A stretch of 64,000 bases of DNA from Planctomycetota bacterium (GTDB lineage: Bacteria > Planctomycetota > UBA8108 > SXIK01). The translations under genes were made by a program, and so were the position numbers. The DNA lies in contig CBDCXR010000004.1 of the NCBI GenBank assembly GCA_965223845.1, positions 6,400,001 through 6,464,000 of the forward strand, read 5' to 3'. The stretch's first letter is position 1; each line of letters starts with the position of its first letter. The notes under the pieces were generated by a model. It made no database searches. It had not been told where the DNA came from and worked only from the letters and a program-made list of their open reading frames with translations. Shown here piece after piece: positions 28,746 through 38,060 of the stretch.

Positions 28746-30320
28746 CATTCCCTCGTTTGCGTTCTAGCCTACGTCTCGATCGCCTGCACCGCACGGACCT
28801 TCGCCCAGGCCGACGCTCGTCCGAACATCCTCTTCGCCATCTCCGACGATCAATCCTGGATGCACGCGAGCGCTTACGGCGACCCGGCCACGAAGACGCC
28901 CGCGTTCGATCGCGTCGCGCGCGAGGGAGTCCTCTTTCGCCACGCCTACGCCGCGGCGCCATCGTGCGCCCCGTCGCGAAGTGCGATCCTCACCGGCCGA
29001 AACATCTGGGAGCTCGAAGAAGGGGGAATCCTCTTCGGCATTCTGAAGGCGAAGTTCACGCTCTTCTCGATCGAGCTCGCGAAATCGGGCTATCAGCTCG
29101 CCGCGACTGGGAAGACGTGGGGGCCGGGACGACTGTCTGGATTTGATCGGAAGGGGAAACCTCCGTCTCCCGACTTCTCTTACGTCGCCTCGACGACGGA
29201 GCGGATTCTCGGCAAGGCGTACAACTCACGCCGCCTCGCCGAGCCTCGCCGCGGCCTCAACCGAAACGACTACGCCGCGAATTTTGCCGACTTCCTCCGC
29301 GCGCGCGACCCGTCGAAGCCGTTCTTCTTCTGGTTCGGCGCAACGGAGCCGCACCAGAATTACGACGTCGACGCGTGGAAGCGGGCCGGGAAGAAGCTCG
29401 AGAACGCTCGACTTCCGGCGTGCCTCCCGGATCATCCGTCGACGCGCGGCGAGATCCTCGACTACGGCCTCGAGATCGAGCACTTCGACGCCCACCTCGG
29501 CCGGATGCTGGCAGAGCTCGAGAATGCCGGCGAGCTCGATCGGACCCTCGTCGTCGTGACGAGCGATCACGGCAATCCTCTCCCTCGTTCGAAGTGCAAC
29601 CTCTACGACTCGGGAACGCGCGTCCCGCTCGCGGCGCGATGGCCGGCGAAGATCCCCGGCGGTCGCACCGTCGACGACTTCGTCAATCTGATCGACCTCG
29701 CCCCGACGTTCCTCGAGGCGGCGGGTGTCGCCGTCCCCGAAGCGATGCGCGGCCGCGCGCTCTGGCCGGTTCTTTCGTCGACGAAAGCCGGACGCATCGA
29801 CCCCGCGCGCGACTTCGTCGTCACGGCGTTCGAGCGCCATATCATCACGCGGCGGAACGGGGTCGGCTATCCGATGCGCGCGATCCGTACGCACCGCTAC
29901 GCGTATATTCGGAACTACGAGCCGGAGCGCTGGCCGGCCGGCGACCCCGATTTCTTCTCGTCTCACCAGCAGTTCTTCGGCGACTGCGACCGGGGCGCGT
30001 CGAAGACGTACATCCTTCAAAACGCCCACGCAAAATCGGTCCAGCCCTACTACCTCCTCGCCTTCGGGCGCCGATCCGCGGAAGAGCTCTACGACATGGA
30101 GAACGACCCCGGCCAGCTCCACAACCTCGCGGCGAGTCCCGCGTTCGCGGAGACGAAGGCGAAGCTCTCCGCGCGTCTCGAGACGCACCTCCGCGAGAGC
30201 GGAGACCCGCGCCAGCGCGGCGAGGCGCCGTGGGACGACTACCCGTTCACCGACGGGCGGATCTTCCGGCGGCCGGACTGGAAGACCCGGGGCGGTGCAG
30301 CTGCGATTCCGGGGAACTGA
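28740..30320 (+). CDS. Sulfatase (Cys-type formylglycine), exported
   Basis: RPNILFAISDD, SCAPSRSAILTG (CxPxR), TSDHG, KCNLYDSGTRVPL, EELYD; start uncertain (GTG 28740 or ATG 28569/28578). Confidence 0.92.
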   Translation: MVHSLVCVLAYVSIACTARTFAQADARPNILFAISDDQSWMHASAYGDPATKTPAFDRVAREGVLFRHAYAAAPSCAPSRSAILTGRNIWELEEGGILFGILKAKFTLFSIELAKSGYQLAATGKTWGPGRLSGFDRKGKPPSPDFSYVASTTERILGKAYNSRRLAEPRRGLNRNDYAANFADFLRARDPSKPFFFWFGATEPHQNYDVDAWKRAGKKLENARLPACLPDHPSTRGEILDYGLEIEHFDAHLGRMLAELENAGELDRTLVVVTSDHGNPLPRSKCNLYDSGTRVPLAARWPAKIPGGRTVDDFVNLIDLAPTFLEAAGVAVPEAMRGRALWPVLSSTKAGRIDPARDFVVTAFERHIITRRNGVGYPMRAIRTHRYAYIRNYEPERWPAGDPDFFSSHQQFFGDCDRGASKTYILQNAHAKSVQPYYLLAFGRRSAEELYDMENDPGQLHNLAASPAFAETKAKLSARLETHLRESGDPRQRGEAPWDDYPFTDGRIFRRPDWKTRGGAAAIPGN

Positions 30321-30679
30321 CCCGGGCCGAACGGCGATCGTCGGGGTTTCTCAGGGCGTTGTTCGAAACGCCGGCAGGCGGGAGCGCCGCGGCGACGGTT
30401 TTCCCGTAGCCGCGAATTCGGCGGCGTGCTCTAACTGTTCTAGCTGTATGTATTCTCCGCCCCTGCCGACGGTTCACGCGCGAGGCGTTCGTGGCCTGAA
30501 ATCGCGGCCCGAGCGGGGAATCCGGCACTAGCGATCGACTACCGCCGGCGTCGAGCGGTCGCTAGCGTGAGGGTCTGGCGTGACTTAGGGCGACACAGCA
30601 AAGACCGAGCGCGCATTCGAGCGGGTTCGGGGTCGAGTCAACGCGCGGAACGCAGGACGCCCAGGAGGCGAGACCGGAA

Positions 30680-32470
30680 GTGAATTCGAACGCCGAACGC
30701 GGCGCGACGGGAATGCGTCGCCCTGCTGTCGTGGGCACGGTTTGTGTGGTCGGGGCCGTCGTCGTCGTCGGCGTCGTGGTCGCCCTGGCGGGCGGGATGG
30801 AGTCCATCCCGAAGGAAGTCGTGCTTCACACCGTGACGCGCGGGCCGCTCGACGTCGTCGACACCGCTCGCGGGAACCTCGAGAGCCAGACGCAGGTGAA
30901 CGTCAACTGCGAAGTCGACGACATCGAGGGCGACAACATCCGCGGGACGCCCATCCTCTGGATCATCGAAAACGGCAGTCAGGTCGAGGAGGGTGAGCTC
31001 ATCGTCGAGCTCGACGTCTCGAGCCACCGCGAGCGTCTCGATCGTCAGATCCTCGACGTTCAGCAGGCGACGGCCGCGCAGGTACAGGCCGACGTCAAGT
31101 ACCAGAATCAGAAGACGCAGAACGAAACGAACCGAGCCGAAGCGAAGCTTCAGGTCGAGCTCGCCGAGCTCGCGCTCAAGCAGTTCGAGGACGAGCACGG
31201 GGGCACGTTCCAAATCGACCTTCAGGACATCGAGCTTCTCATTCAGGAAGCCCAAGCCCAGAAGCTCATCGAGGCCACCAATCTCCAGGGTGTCGAGCAG
31301 CTCTACGATCTCGGCTACCGGAGTCGGGGAGAGCTCGATCAGGCTCGTCTCAGCGCGCTCAAAGCCGAACGCTCACTGGCGTCGGCCGTCGCGAAAAAGA
31401 AAGAGAAGGTCGAGTATCAGTACCGGAAAACGAAGCTCGAGCTGGGCGGTGCGCTCCAGTCGGCAAAGCGAGCGCTCGAGCAGGTCGAGCGCAACAACGA
31501 CGCGGAGCTCGCGCAGGCCGAAGCCGCTCTGCGCGCAGCGAACGATACGCTCAAGAAGGAAGAAGAGCGCCTCGCTCGTTATTCGAAGCAGGTAGAGAAG
31601 GCCAAGATCTACTCTCCGGCGACCGGTATGGTCGCGTACGCAACGCCGCGACACCGGTACGAGAGCGAAATCCGTGAGGGCGCTCACGTCCACCCGCGCC
31701 GCACGATCCTCTCGATCCCGAATTTGACGCGCATGCAAGTGCAGACGTCGATTCACGAGGCGCGACTCGATCAGGTTCGTCCGGGTCTTCCGACCACCGT
31801 TCGCGTCGAAGCGTTCCCCGAGCGCGCCTACCGCGGCGTCGTTCGTTCGGTCGCCGTCCTCCCGGATGCGAGCGAGTGGATGAGCTCGGACACGAAGCAC
31901 TACAAGACGCTCGTCACGATCGAGGAAGACGTCGATCAACTGAAGCCGGGAATGAACGCGGTCGTCGAGATTCACATCGCGCACCTCAAGGACGTGATCA
32001 GCATTCCGGTGACGGCGATCCTTCAGCGTGCCGGACGCAACTTCTGTCTCGTCGGAGCCGCGGCGAAGGAGCTCCGTCCGCTCGAGCTCGGTCTCACCAA
32101 CGAGACTCAGGTCGAGGTGAAGAGCGGGCTCGAAGAGGGTGAGGTGGTCGTCCTGAATCCCGACGAGTTTGTCGACGAGTCGCAGTTCCCGGAGCCGGAG
32201 AAGGAAGAAGCGCCGGAGATCGTCGAGCCCGAAATCGAACCGGCGATCGAGGAGGGCGGCCGCAGCGACGGCGGGCGCCCCGAGCCGGCGTCGTACTCCT
32301 CGAGTGACGATGGGCAGCGCGGCGAGCGGGGAGCGGGAGCGCGCGGTGGAGGCTCCGGCCGCGAAGGACGTTCCTGGAGCGGCGGTGGCGGCGGAGGCGA
32401 GCGCGGTGGGCGCGGCGGACGCGGCGGCGGTGGAGGCGAGCGCGGCTCGCGCCGTGGTCCTCGGTCCTAA
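30680..32470 (+). CDS. Efflux periplasmic adaptor (MacA/HlyD-like)
   Basis: N-terminal TM; ENGSQVEEGELIVELD; long coiled coil; IYSPATGMV; LKPGMNAVVEI; VEVKSGLEEGEVVVL; acidic and RGG-rich tail. Confidence 0.9.
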   Translation: MNSNAERGATGMRRPAVVGTVCVVGAVVVVGVVVALAGGMESIPKEVVLHTVTRGPLDVVDTARGNLESQTQVNVNCEVDDIEGDNIRGTPILWIIENGSQVEEGELIVELDVSSHRERLDRQILDVQQATAAQVQADVKYQNQKTQNETNRAEAKLQVELAELALKQFEDEHGGTFQIDLQDIELLIQEAQAQKLIEATNLQGVEQLYDLGYRSRGELDQARLSALKAERSLASAVAKKKEKVEYQYRKTKLELGGALQSAKRALEQVERNNDAELAQAEAALRAANDTLKKEEERLARYSKQVEKAKIYSPATGMVAYATPRHRYESEIREGAHVHPRRTILSIPNLTRMQVQTSIHEARLDQVRPGLPTTVRVEAFPERAYRGVVRSVAVLPDASEWMSSDTKHYKTLVTIEEDVDQLKPGMNAVVEIHIAHLKDVISIPVTAILQRAGRNFCLVGAAAKELRPLELGLTNETQVEVKSGLEEGEVVVLNPDEFVDESQFPEPEKEEAPEIVEPEIEPAIEEGGRSDGGRPEPASYSSSDDGQRGERGAGARGGGSGREGRSWSGGGGGGERGGRGGRGGGGGERGSRRGPRS

Positions 32471-32497
32471 GGCGCATCGTCCCTCGGCACTCTCTTC

Positions 32498-33790
32498 ATG
32501 CGCTTTGCGACGCTTCAGCTAGCGGCGAGGAATCTCCTCCTCCACAAGCTCCGCAGCTTCCTCACGATGCTCGGAACGATTCTGGGCGTGGGGTCCGTCA
32601 TCGCCATGCTCGCGATCGGCGAGGGCTCGAAGCGTGAAGCGGTCGAGCAGATCCGTCAGCTCGGCGCGACGAATATCATCGTGAGTAGCGTCAAGCCGGG
32701 TGACGACCTCGACGCCGGCGGCGAGGATCCCGCGGATCAGTCTTCGAGCCAGGAGCAGACGAGTCGCGTGCTCGAGTACGGCCTCACGCATCGCGACGTC
32801 GAACGCCTCCGCATCGGCCTTCCGACGGTCGAGCGCGTGCTTCCCGTCGCGCTCGTTCGGAGGAACGCGCAAAGCTCCGGGCGGATGATCAAGAACGCGA
32901 GGATCCTCGGCACGGTTGCTGCGTACCGGGGAGTGAAGAATCTCAACATCGCGCGGGGGCGCTTCCTGAGCGATGTCGACGACCGGAAGATCGCAAACGT
33001 AGCTGTCCTCGGATCGGGCGCGGCTCAGAGACTCTTCGGTTATCGCGACCCGCTCGATCAACCGGTGCTGCTCGGACGTCGAGCGTTTCGAGTGATCGGC
33101 GTGATCCAGCGTCCGTCGCACGGATCGCGTTCGGGGCGCGACGACTTCGACGGTGACATTTACGTTCCGCTGAGCGCCGCGCGCAGTCGATTCGGCGAGC
33201 TTCAGATGATCGTCCGTGCGGGCAGCACGGAGTTCGAGCGCACGCAGATCAGCGAGATCACGCTCACCGTTCGGAACGAGGACGAGGTCACGCAGACGGT
33301 CGGGATGGCACGGAAGCTCCTCCTCCAGACTCACCCCGACGGGAACGACTTCGAGATGCAGGTTCCGCTCGAGCTTCTACAACAGGCCGAGCGCGAAAAG
33401 CAGATTTGGAATCTCGTTCTCGGGTCGATCGCCGGAATCTCGCTCCTCGTCGGCGGTATCGGCATCATGAACATCATGCTTGCGACCATCACCGAGCGGA
33501 CGCGCGAGATCGGCGTCCGGCGCGCGCTCGGGGCGAAGCGTCGCGACATTACGGCGCAGTTTCTCGTCGAGACGGTGGTCCTCTCGACCACGGGAGGCAT
33601 CGTCGGCACAGTGCTTGGGATCACCGTGCCGTACCTGGTGACACTGGCGACGGGAATCGAAACCGCGCTCAGCGTCTGGTCGGTGGCCCTCGCGTTCGGT
33701 ATCTCCGTGGGGGTCGGTGTCGTCTTCGGGCTCTATCCGGCGCGGCGTGCCGCGCTCATGCATCCGATCGAAGCGCTCCGGCACGAATAG
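32498..33790 (+). CDS. ABC transporter permease, MacB/FtsX family
   Basis: KLRSFLTMLGTILGVGSVIAM; IAGISLLVGGIGIMNIML..ITERTREIGVRRALGA; GLYPARRAA.MHPIEALRHE. Confidence 0.95.
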   Translation: MRFATLQLAARNLLLHKLRSFLTMLGTILGVGSVIAMLAIGEGSKREAVEQIRQLGATNIIVSSVKPGDDLDAGGEDPADQSSSQEQTSRVLEYGLTHRDVERLRIGLPTVERVLPVALVRRNAQSSGRMIKNARILGTVAAYRGVKNLNIARGRFLSDVDDRKIANVAVLGSGAAQRLFGYRDPLDQPVLLGRRAFRVIGVIQRPSHGSRSGRDDFDGDIYVPLSAARSRFGELQMIVRAGSTEFERTQISEITLTVRNEDEVTQTVGMARKLLLQTHPDGNDFEMQVPLELLQQAEREKQIWNLVLGSIAGISLLVGGIGIMNIMLATITERTREIGVRRALGAKRRDITAQFLVETVVLSTTGGIVGTVLGITVPYLVTLATGIETALSVWSVALAFGISVGVGVVFGLYPARRAALMHPIEALRHE

Positions 33791-33844
33791 TCCACGTCGC
33801 GAGCGGAGCTCCGCGTCCACGAACGAATCCTCGCTACAGAAACC

Positions 33845-36800
33845 ATGCGAATGGCAGTCTCGATCTTCTGTCTCGTCGCCACCATCGCTACCGCGATCGC
33901 GGCGTTCACCATCCTCGCGCGCGGAGCACCGGAGCCGAGCATGGAGCTTCACCGCGCGCGCGTGAGCGGCACCGAGGAGCGGCGCGTGCAGCTCGAGGAA
34001 CATCTCGAGCGGCAGAAGTGGACGCGAAAGGCGCTCATCGGGGGGCTCTTCGCGGCGACCGTTCTCTTCGCTGCGGGCGCCTTCCTTACGCTTGGCGGTT
34101 CGCGAGCCTCGTTCGTGCGAGTCGTTCTTCTCCTCTCGCTGTGCGGGGTCCTCTGTGACTGTCGGCGGAAGGACTACCGCGAGCACGCCGACAAGCAGTC
34201 GTACGCGGCGCTCCTCCACAAGACCGCGGGGACGCCGTGGGAAGTTCCGGCCGAGTTCTCGATCGATCCCGATCCTCGATCGCGGCTATTCGACCCGAGC
34301 GACCCGGATTTTCCCTCGCTGCCCCGACCGGATCGATTGCTCGACTCCTACGAGCTCCCGGAACTCGTCAGAGCGGCCGCGCGGATCGAAATTCGGGCGG
34401 GCGAATCCGCGGACGAGGAGGCGATCGAGGGACTCCGGATCCACCCGATCCCGCCCGACTATTGGGACGCCCTACCCCGCGCGTGCCTCGCGCGGATGCT
34501 CGAGGTGGAGAGCGTCGTCGAAGAGTACCGGCTCGCCTACGAGGAGGAACCGCCGGAGACTCTGCTCGACGCCGCACCGCGTCTCAGCCTCGCGAATATT
34601 GTCGAGCTCGCGCTTCTCAACAGTCGCGAGTACCAGACGCGAAAGGAGATCCTCTACCGCGCTGCGCTCGCTCTGACGCTCGAGCGGTTCGAGTTCGTTC
34701 CGCAGTTTTCGCCGTTCGGGAACGGGGTCGACGCCGACTACACGATCACGCGGTCGCCGGCGACCGGCGGAGATCGCGTCGAGTCGAGCTCGATCGGAAG
34801 CGGCGCCGCGGGGGAGGCGCTCCTCGCGACGGGGGGGACGGCGATCGCGCGGTTCGCGAACGACATCGTGCTCACGTTCGACGGTCCCGGCGGGTGGTCG
34901 AAGGAGATCAGCTCCGAGCTTCTCTTCGAGCTTTCGCAGAGCCTGTTCCAGCGCGACGTGCGGCTCAATCCGCTCGTTCAGTCCGAACGGGATCTCGTCT
35001 ACGCGGCGCGCGATTTCGCCCGCTTTCGCAAGGAGTTCTTCTTCCAGTTCGCGAACCAGTACTACGGTCTGCTGCGGGAGTACCGCGGTATCGAGATCGA
35101 GGCGCAGAATTACTTCTCGCTCGTCCGCACGTTTCGGCAGGCGCAGGCCGAGGTCGGCCTCGGGGTGCAGCGGAGCACGACGCCCGTCGAAGCGGATCAG
35201 TTCGAGCAGAGCATGCTCTCGGGCCGGAGCGATCTCATCTCGACGTGCAACCGGCTCGAGCGCGCGCTCGACAGTCTCAAGCTGTCGATGGGGATTCCCA
35301 CCGAGACGCCGATCAATCTCGATCTCTCCGAGCTTCAGCTCCTCACGCTGCGCAATCAGATCGAAGTAACGGGTGAGCGGGCGCGTCGGTGGCGCGCCCG
35401 CGTGCTCGAGCGGCGACAACGGGACAACCCGAATCGTGACGAGGTCCTGAACGGAAATATCTTCCTTCTCGAGCGACTTCTCGAGTGGGTTCGTCTTCGC
35501 TGGCGACTCGGCTTCGAGGTGGAGCAGCGCGCGGCGCTCGAGCTCTCTCTCGCGCTCGCGCGCGTCGATCTCGCCCGCGCCGAGCACGTACGCGCTCTCG
35601 CGGCTCTCGCCGAGGTGCGGGATTCCGAGCTACCGGTGCCGATCATTCTCATCTTTCAGCGAACGCGCGATGTGGTCGCCACGCTCTTCCGGGTCGCGGA
35701 GCTTCAGATCCCGCTCGCGCTAGCGCGCGGCCGGACCGCGGACGAAGTCGAGCCGCTCGGCGAGCGACGAGCCGCGCTGTTCGCTCGCGACGCGGCGCTC
35801 GGCGAGCGCGTCGCAGAGGTGCTCCGCGATCTTCAGTCCGACGATCTGAGTGGGCTCGTGAACGACGTGGAAGGCATCCGGACCGAGCTGGAGGCGCTCA
35901 TCGGAGAGCTCGATCAACTCGCTGAGCGAGATCCCGCGCGGGAGAATCTCGAGACCACTCTCGCCGAAACCGATTTGCTGGTCGCCACTCTCGACGCTCT
36001 CTTCGAGGGAGCGGAGCTAGGTCTCGCGCCCGTCGATATCAGCGCGAGGGACGCGATGCGAACGGCGCTCGTTCAGCGTCTCGATCTCATGAATGAGCGC
36101 TGGCGACTCGCCGACGACCGGCGAGACGTCAAGATCGCCGCGGACGATCTGAAGAGCGTCCTCGATCTGAACGCGAGCCACTCGATCGGCTCGCGCGATC
36201 GAAAGCCGCTCAAGTTCACGTCGCACGACAGTCAAACGCGTCTCTCGCTTTCGTTCGATCTCCCGCTCAATCGCCGGTCGCAACGAAACGTCTACCGCCG
36301 CGCGCTTATCGACTACCACGCGGGGCGACGGAGTCTCATGGAGCTCGAGGATGCGATCAAGTTCGACATCCGTGACGGTCTTCGCACGCTCGAGGAGACG
36401 CGCATCCAGTATCCGATCGCGGTCACGCAAGCCGGACTCGCGGCCGAGCAGGTGATCAGCGTCCAGCTCCAGCTTACGCTCGGGTTCGAGCGGGTGCGTG
36501 GAACCGACCTCCTCGACGCGCTTCAATCGTCACGGCGGGCGCTGATATCCGTGGCGAACGCGCGGATCGGTTATCTCGTCGACCGGGCTCAGTTCGCGCT
36601 CGATCTCGAGCTCATGGAGATCGATTCCGCGGGGATGTGGACGGCGATCGATGATCCCAGCTACCGGCCGGAACCGAACGTCGCGTACCCCGAGAACGCC
36701 GGACCGGCGTACGGTGACATTCCGAAGTACGTGTTTGTCTCGCGGGAAATCCGGAGCATGCTGCGCGATCATCCTGTACCCGGGGAGACGCGAGCGGCGA

Positions 36801-37006
36801 ATCAGGACGAGGATCGAAGCGCCGCCGAAAGCCGCGCGGTCGCGACCGACGTTCCCGCGGAGACGCCGGACGGCGCGGACGCGGCCGTGGCCGAAGAGCC
36901 CGCGGGAGCGGACGACGAACCGGAGACGACATCGACCGAAGGTGACGGCGCCCCCGCGGGCGACTCGCCGCCTCTCGACGCGAGCGAAGCCGAGGAGTCG
37001 CCGTAA
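33845..37006 (+). CDS. TolC-family outer-membrane efflux protein, extended, with fused 2-TM N-terminal module
   Basis: LSLANIVELALLNSREYQ, LTLERFEF, ALDSLKLSMGIP, RLSLSFDLPLNR, DLLDALQS; internal lipoprotein-like signal from GTG 34115 (VRVVLLLSLCGVLCDC). Confidence 0.8.
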   Translation: MRMAVSIFCLVATIATAIAAFTILARGAPEPSMELHRARVSGTEERRVQLEEHLERQKWTRKALIGGLFAATVLFAAGAFLTLGGSRASFVRVVLLLSLCGVLCDCRRKDYREHADKQSYAALLHKTAGTPWEVPAEFSIDPDPRSRLFDPSDPDFPSLPRPDRLLDSYELPELVRAAARIEIRAGESADEEAIEGLRIHPIPPDYWDALPRACLARMLEVESVVEEYRLAYEEEPPETLLDAAPRLSLANIVELALLNSREYQTRKEILYRAALALTLERFEFVPQFSPFGNGVDADYTITRSPATGGDRVESSSIGSGAAGEALLATGGTAIARFANDIVLTFDGPGGWSKEISSELLFELSQSLFQRDVRLNPLVQSERDLVYAARDFARFRKEFFFQFANQYYGLLREYRGIEIEAQNYFSLVRTFRQAQAEVGLGVQRSTTPVEADQFEQSMLSGRSDLISTCNRLERALDSLKLSMGIPTETPINLDLSELQLLTLRNQIEVTGERARRWRARVLERRQRDNPNRDEVLNGNIFLLERLLEWVRLRWRLGFEVEQRAALELSLALARVDLARAEHVRALAALAEVRDSELPVPIILIFQRTRDVVATLFRVAELQIPLALARGRTADEVEPLGERRAALFARDAALGERVAEVLRDLQSDDLSGLVNDVEGIRTELEALIGELDQLAERDPARENLETTLAETDLLVATLDALFEGAELGLAPVDISARDAMRTALVQRLDLMNERWRLADDRRDVKIAADDLKSVLDLNASHSIGSRDRKPLKFTSHDSQTRLSLSFDLPLNRRSQRNVYRRALIDYHAGRRSLMELEDAIKFDIRDGLRTLEETRIQYPIAVTQAGLAAEQVISVQLQLTLGFERVRGTDLLDALQSSRRALISVANARIGYLVDRAQFALDLELMEIDSAGMWTAIDDPSYRPEPNVAYPENAGPAYGDIPKYVFVSREIRSMLRDHPVPGETRAANQDEDRSAAESRAVATDVPAETPDGADAAVAEEPAGADDEPETTSTEGDGAPAGDSPPLDASEAEESP

Positions 37007-37053
37007 GGCTCGCGCCTCCGATCACAACGGGCGAGAATGCCCCGGTTGTAGAT

Positions 37054-37581
37054 TTGTCTCGCAAACTCCGAGGGCGACTCGCGGTGCAGCTAGAGGATGC
37101 GATTACGTTCGGCTTGGCGTGGCTCGGCTACGCTCTCCTCGCGTCGGACTTCGCGCGTCGAGCTCGTGGTCGGCGTGACGCGCGCGTGAGCGCGCTGACC
37201 GCGCTCGTAGCGATCGTTCACGTCGCCTGTGTGTACGTCTTCCGTTTCGACGGGTCCGTGCTCGCTGCCTGGCAGAAGAGTGCGGCCGGATTCGTGATCT
37301 TTCACTCGGCGCTGCTCACGATCGTGCTCGCGCCGATGGTCTTCGAGCCGTGGCGTACGCGCATGGTCTTCGTCTCCTTCGGAGTCGTGAGCTTCGGCGG
37401 TCTCGGTGCGCCGTTTCGCTATCCCGAGCTCGGTGTTCTCGCGATCCCGCTTTTCACGGTGTTCGGGGTGGCGCTCGTCTTCGCGTGGCGCGGTCGGAAG
37501 ATCGAGGAAGAGACCCACACGACGAGCGCGAAGCGGACGCGAAGGAAGACGAGGGAGAGGGAGAAGGAAGGAGAGAGATAA
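37054..37581 (+). CDS. Hypothetical membrane protein
   Basis: About 5 hydrophobic segments; C-terminus runs through a REP-like copy; start uncertain. Confidence 0.65.
   Translation: MSRKLRGRLAVQLEDAITFGLAWLGYALLASDFARRARGRRDARVSALTALVAIVHVACVYVFRFDGSVLAAWQKSAAGFVIFHSALLTIVLAPMVFEPWRTRMVFVSFGVVSFGGLGAPFRYPELGVLAIPLFTVFGVALVFAWRGRKIEEETHTTSAKRTRRKTREREKEGER
37516..37553 (+). repeat. REP-like repeat copy inside the 3' end of a CDS
   Basis: cacacgacgagcgcgaagcggacgcgaaggaagacgag, translated as HTTSAKRTRRKT. Confidence 0.7.
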
Positions 37582-37653
37582 GCGGGGGAAGAGGGGAAGA
37601 GAACGGAGAGAGGGGCGAAGCCCTCGGACGCGGCGCATCGGGAAGCTGCACCT

Positions 37654-37884
37654 TCACTCCGGTTCCGGGTCCGCCGCTTTCGCGAGTGCGGCTCTCGCGC
37701 GCTCTTCGTTTTCGCGAAGGACCATCAACCGGATTCCTTGGACCAACTGAAACTGCGGCTCCATTCCGCCGCAGTCGTCGGCCGAAACCATAGCTCCGAT
37801 GCCGCACGACTCGAGCACGGCTTTCGCGATCTCGGCTTCGACGGGGTCCGTGCACTCCGCGACGACGACGAGATCGGACGGCAT
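37654..37884 (-). CDS. DUF2007 / putative signal-transducing small protein
   Basis: MPSDLVVVAECTDPVEAEIAKAVLESCGI...GIRLMV...ERARAAL; RBS gaaggga before ATG 37884. Confidence 0.82.
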   Translation of the reverse strand: MPSDLVVVAECTDPVEAEIAKAVLESCGIGAMVSADDCGGMEPQFQLVQGIRLMVLRENEERARAALAKAADPEPE

Positions 37885-38001
37885 GACGCTTCCCTTCAGA
37901 AAGGAAATCCTCGTCCGCGTGGATTCGGTCACTCAGAACCGATGCTACCGCCGTTTCGAAGCGCGGGCCAATCGGACGATTCGTTCGCCGCGCGAACTCG
38001 C

Positions 38002-38020
38002 CCTTCGCGTACTTCGTGTG
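38002..38020 (-). repeat. REP-like repeat, short reverse copy
   Basis: Reverse complement cacacgaagtacgcgaagg. Confidence 0.55.
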
Positions 38021-38060
38021 CACCTCTTACAGGGGAGCGAGCTGCGCTACGGACAGACCG

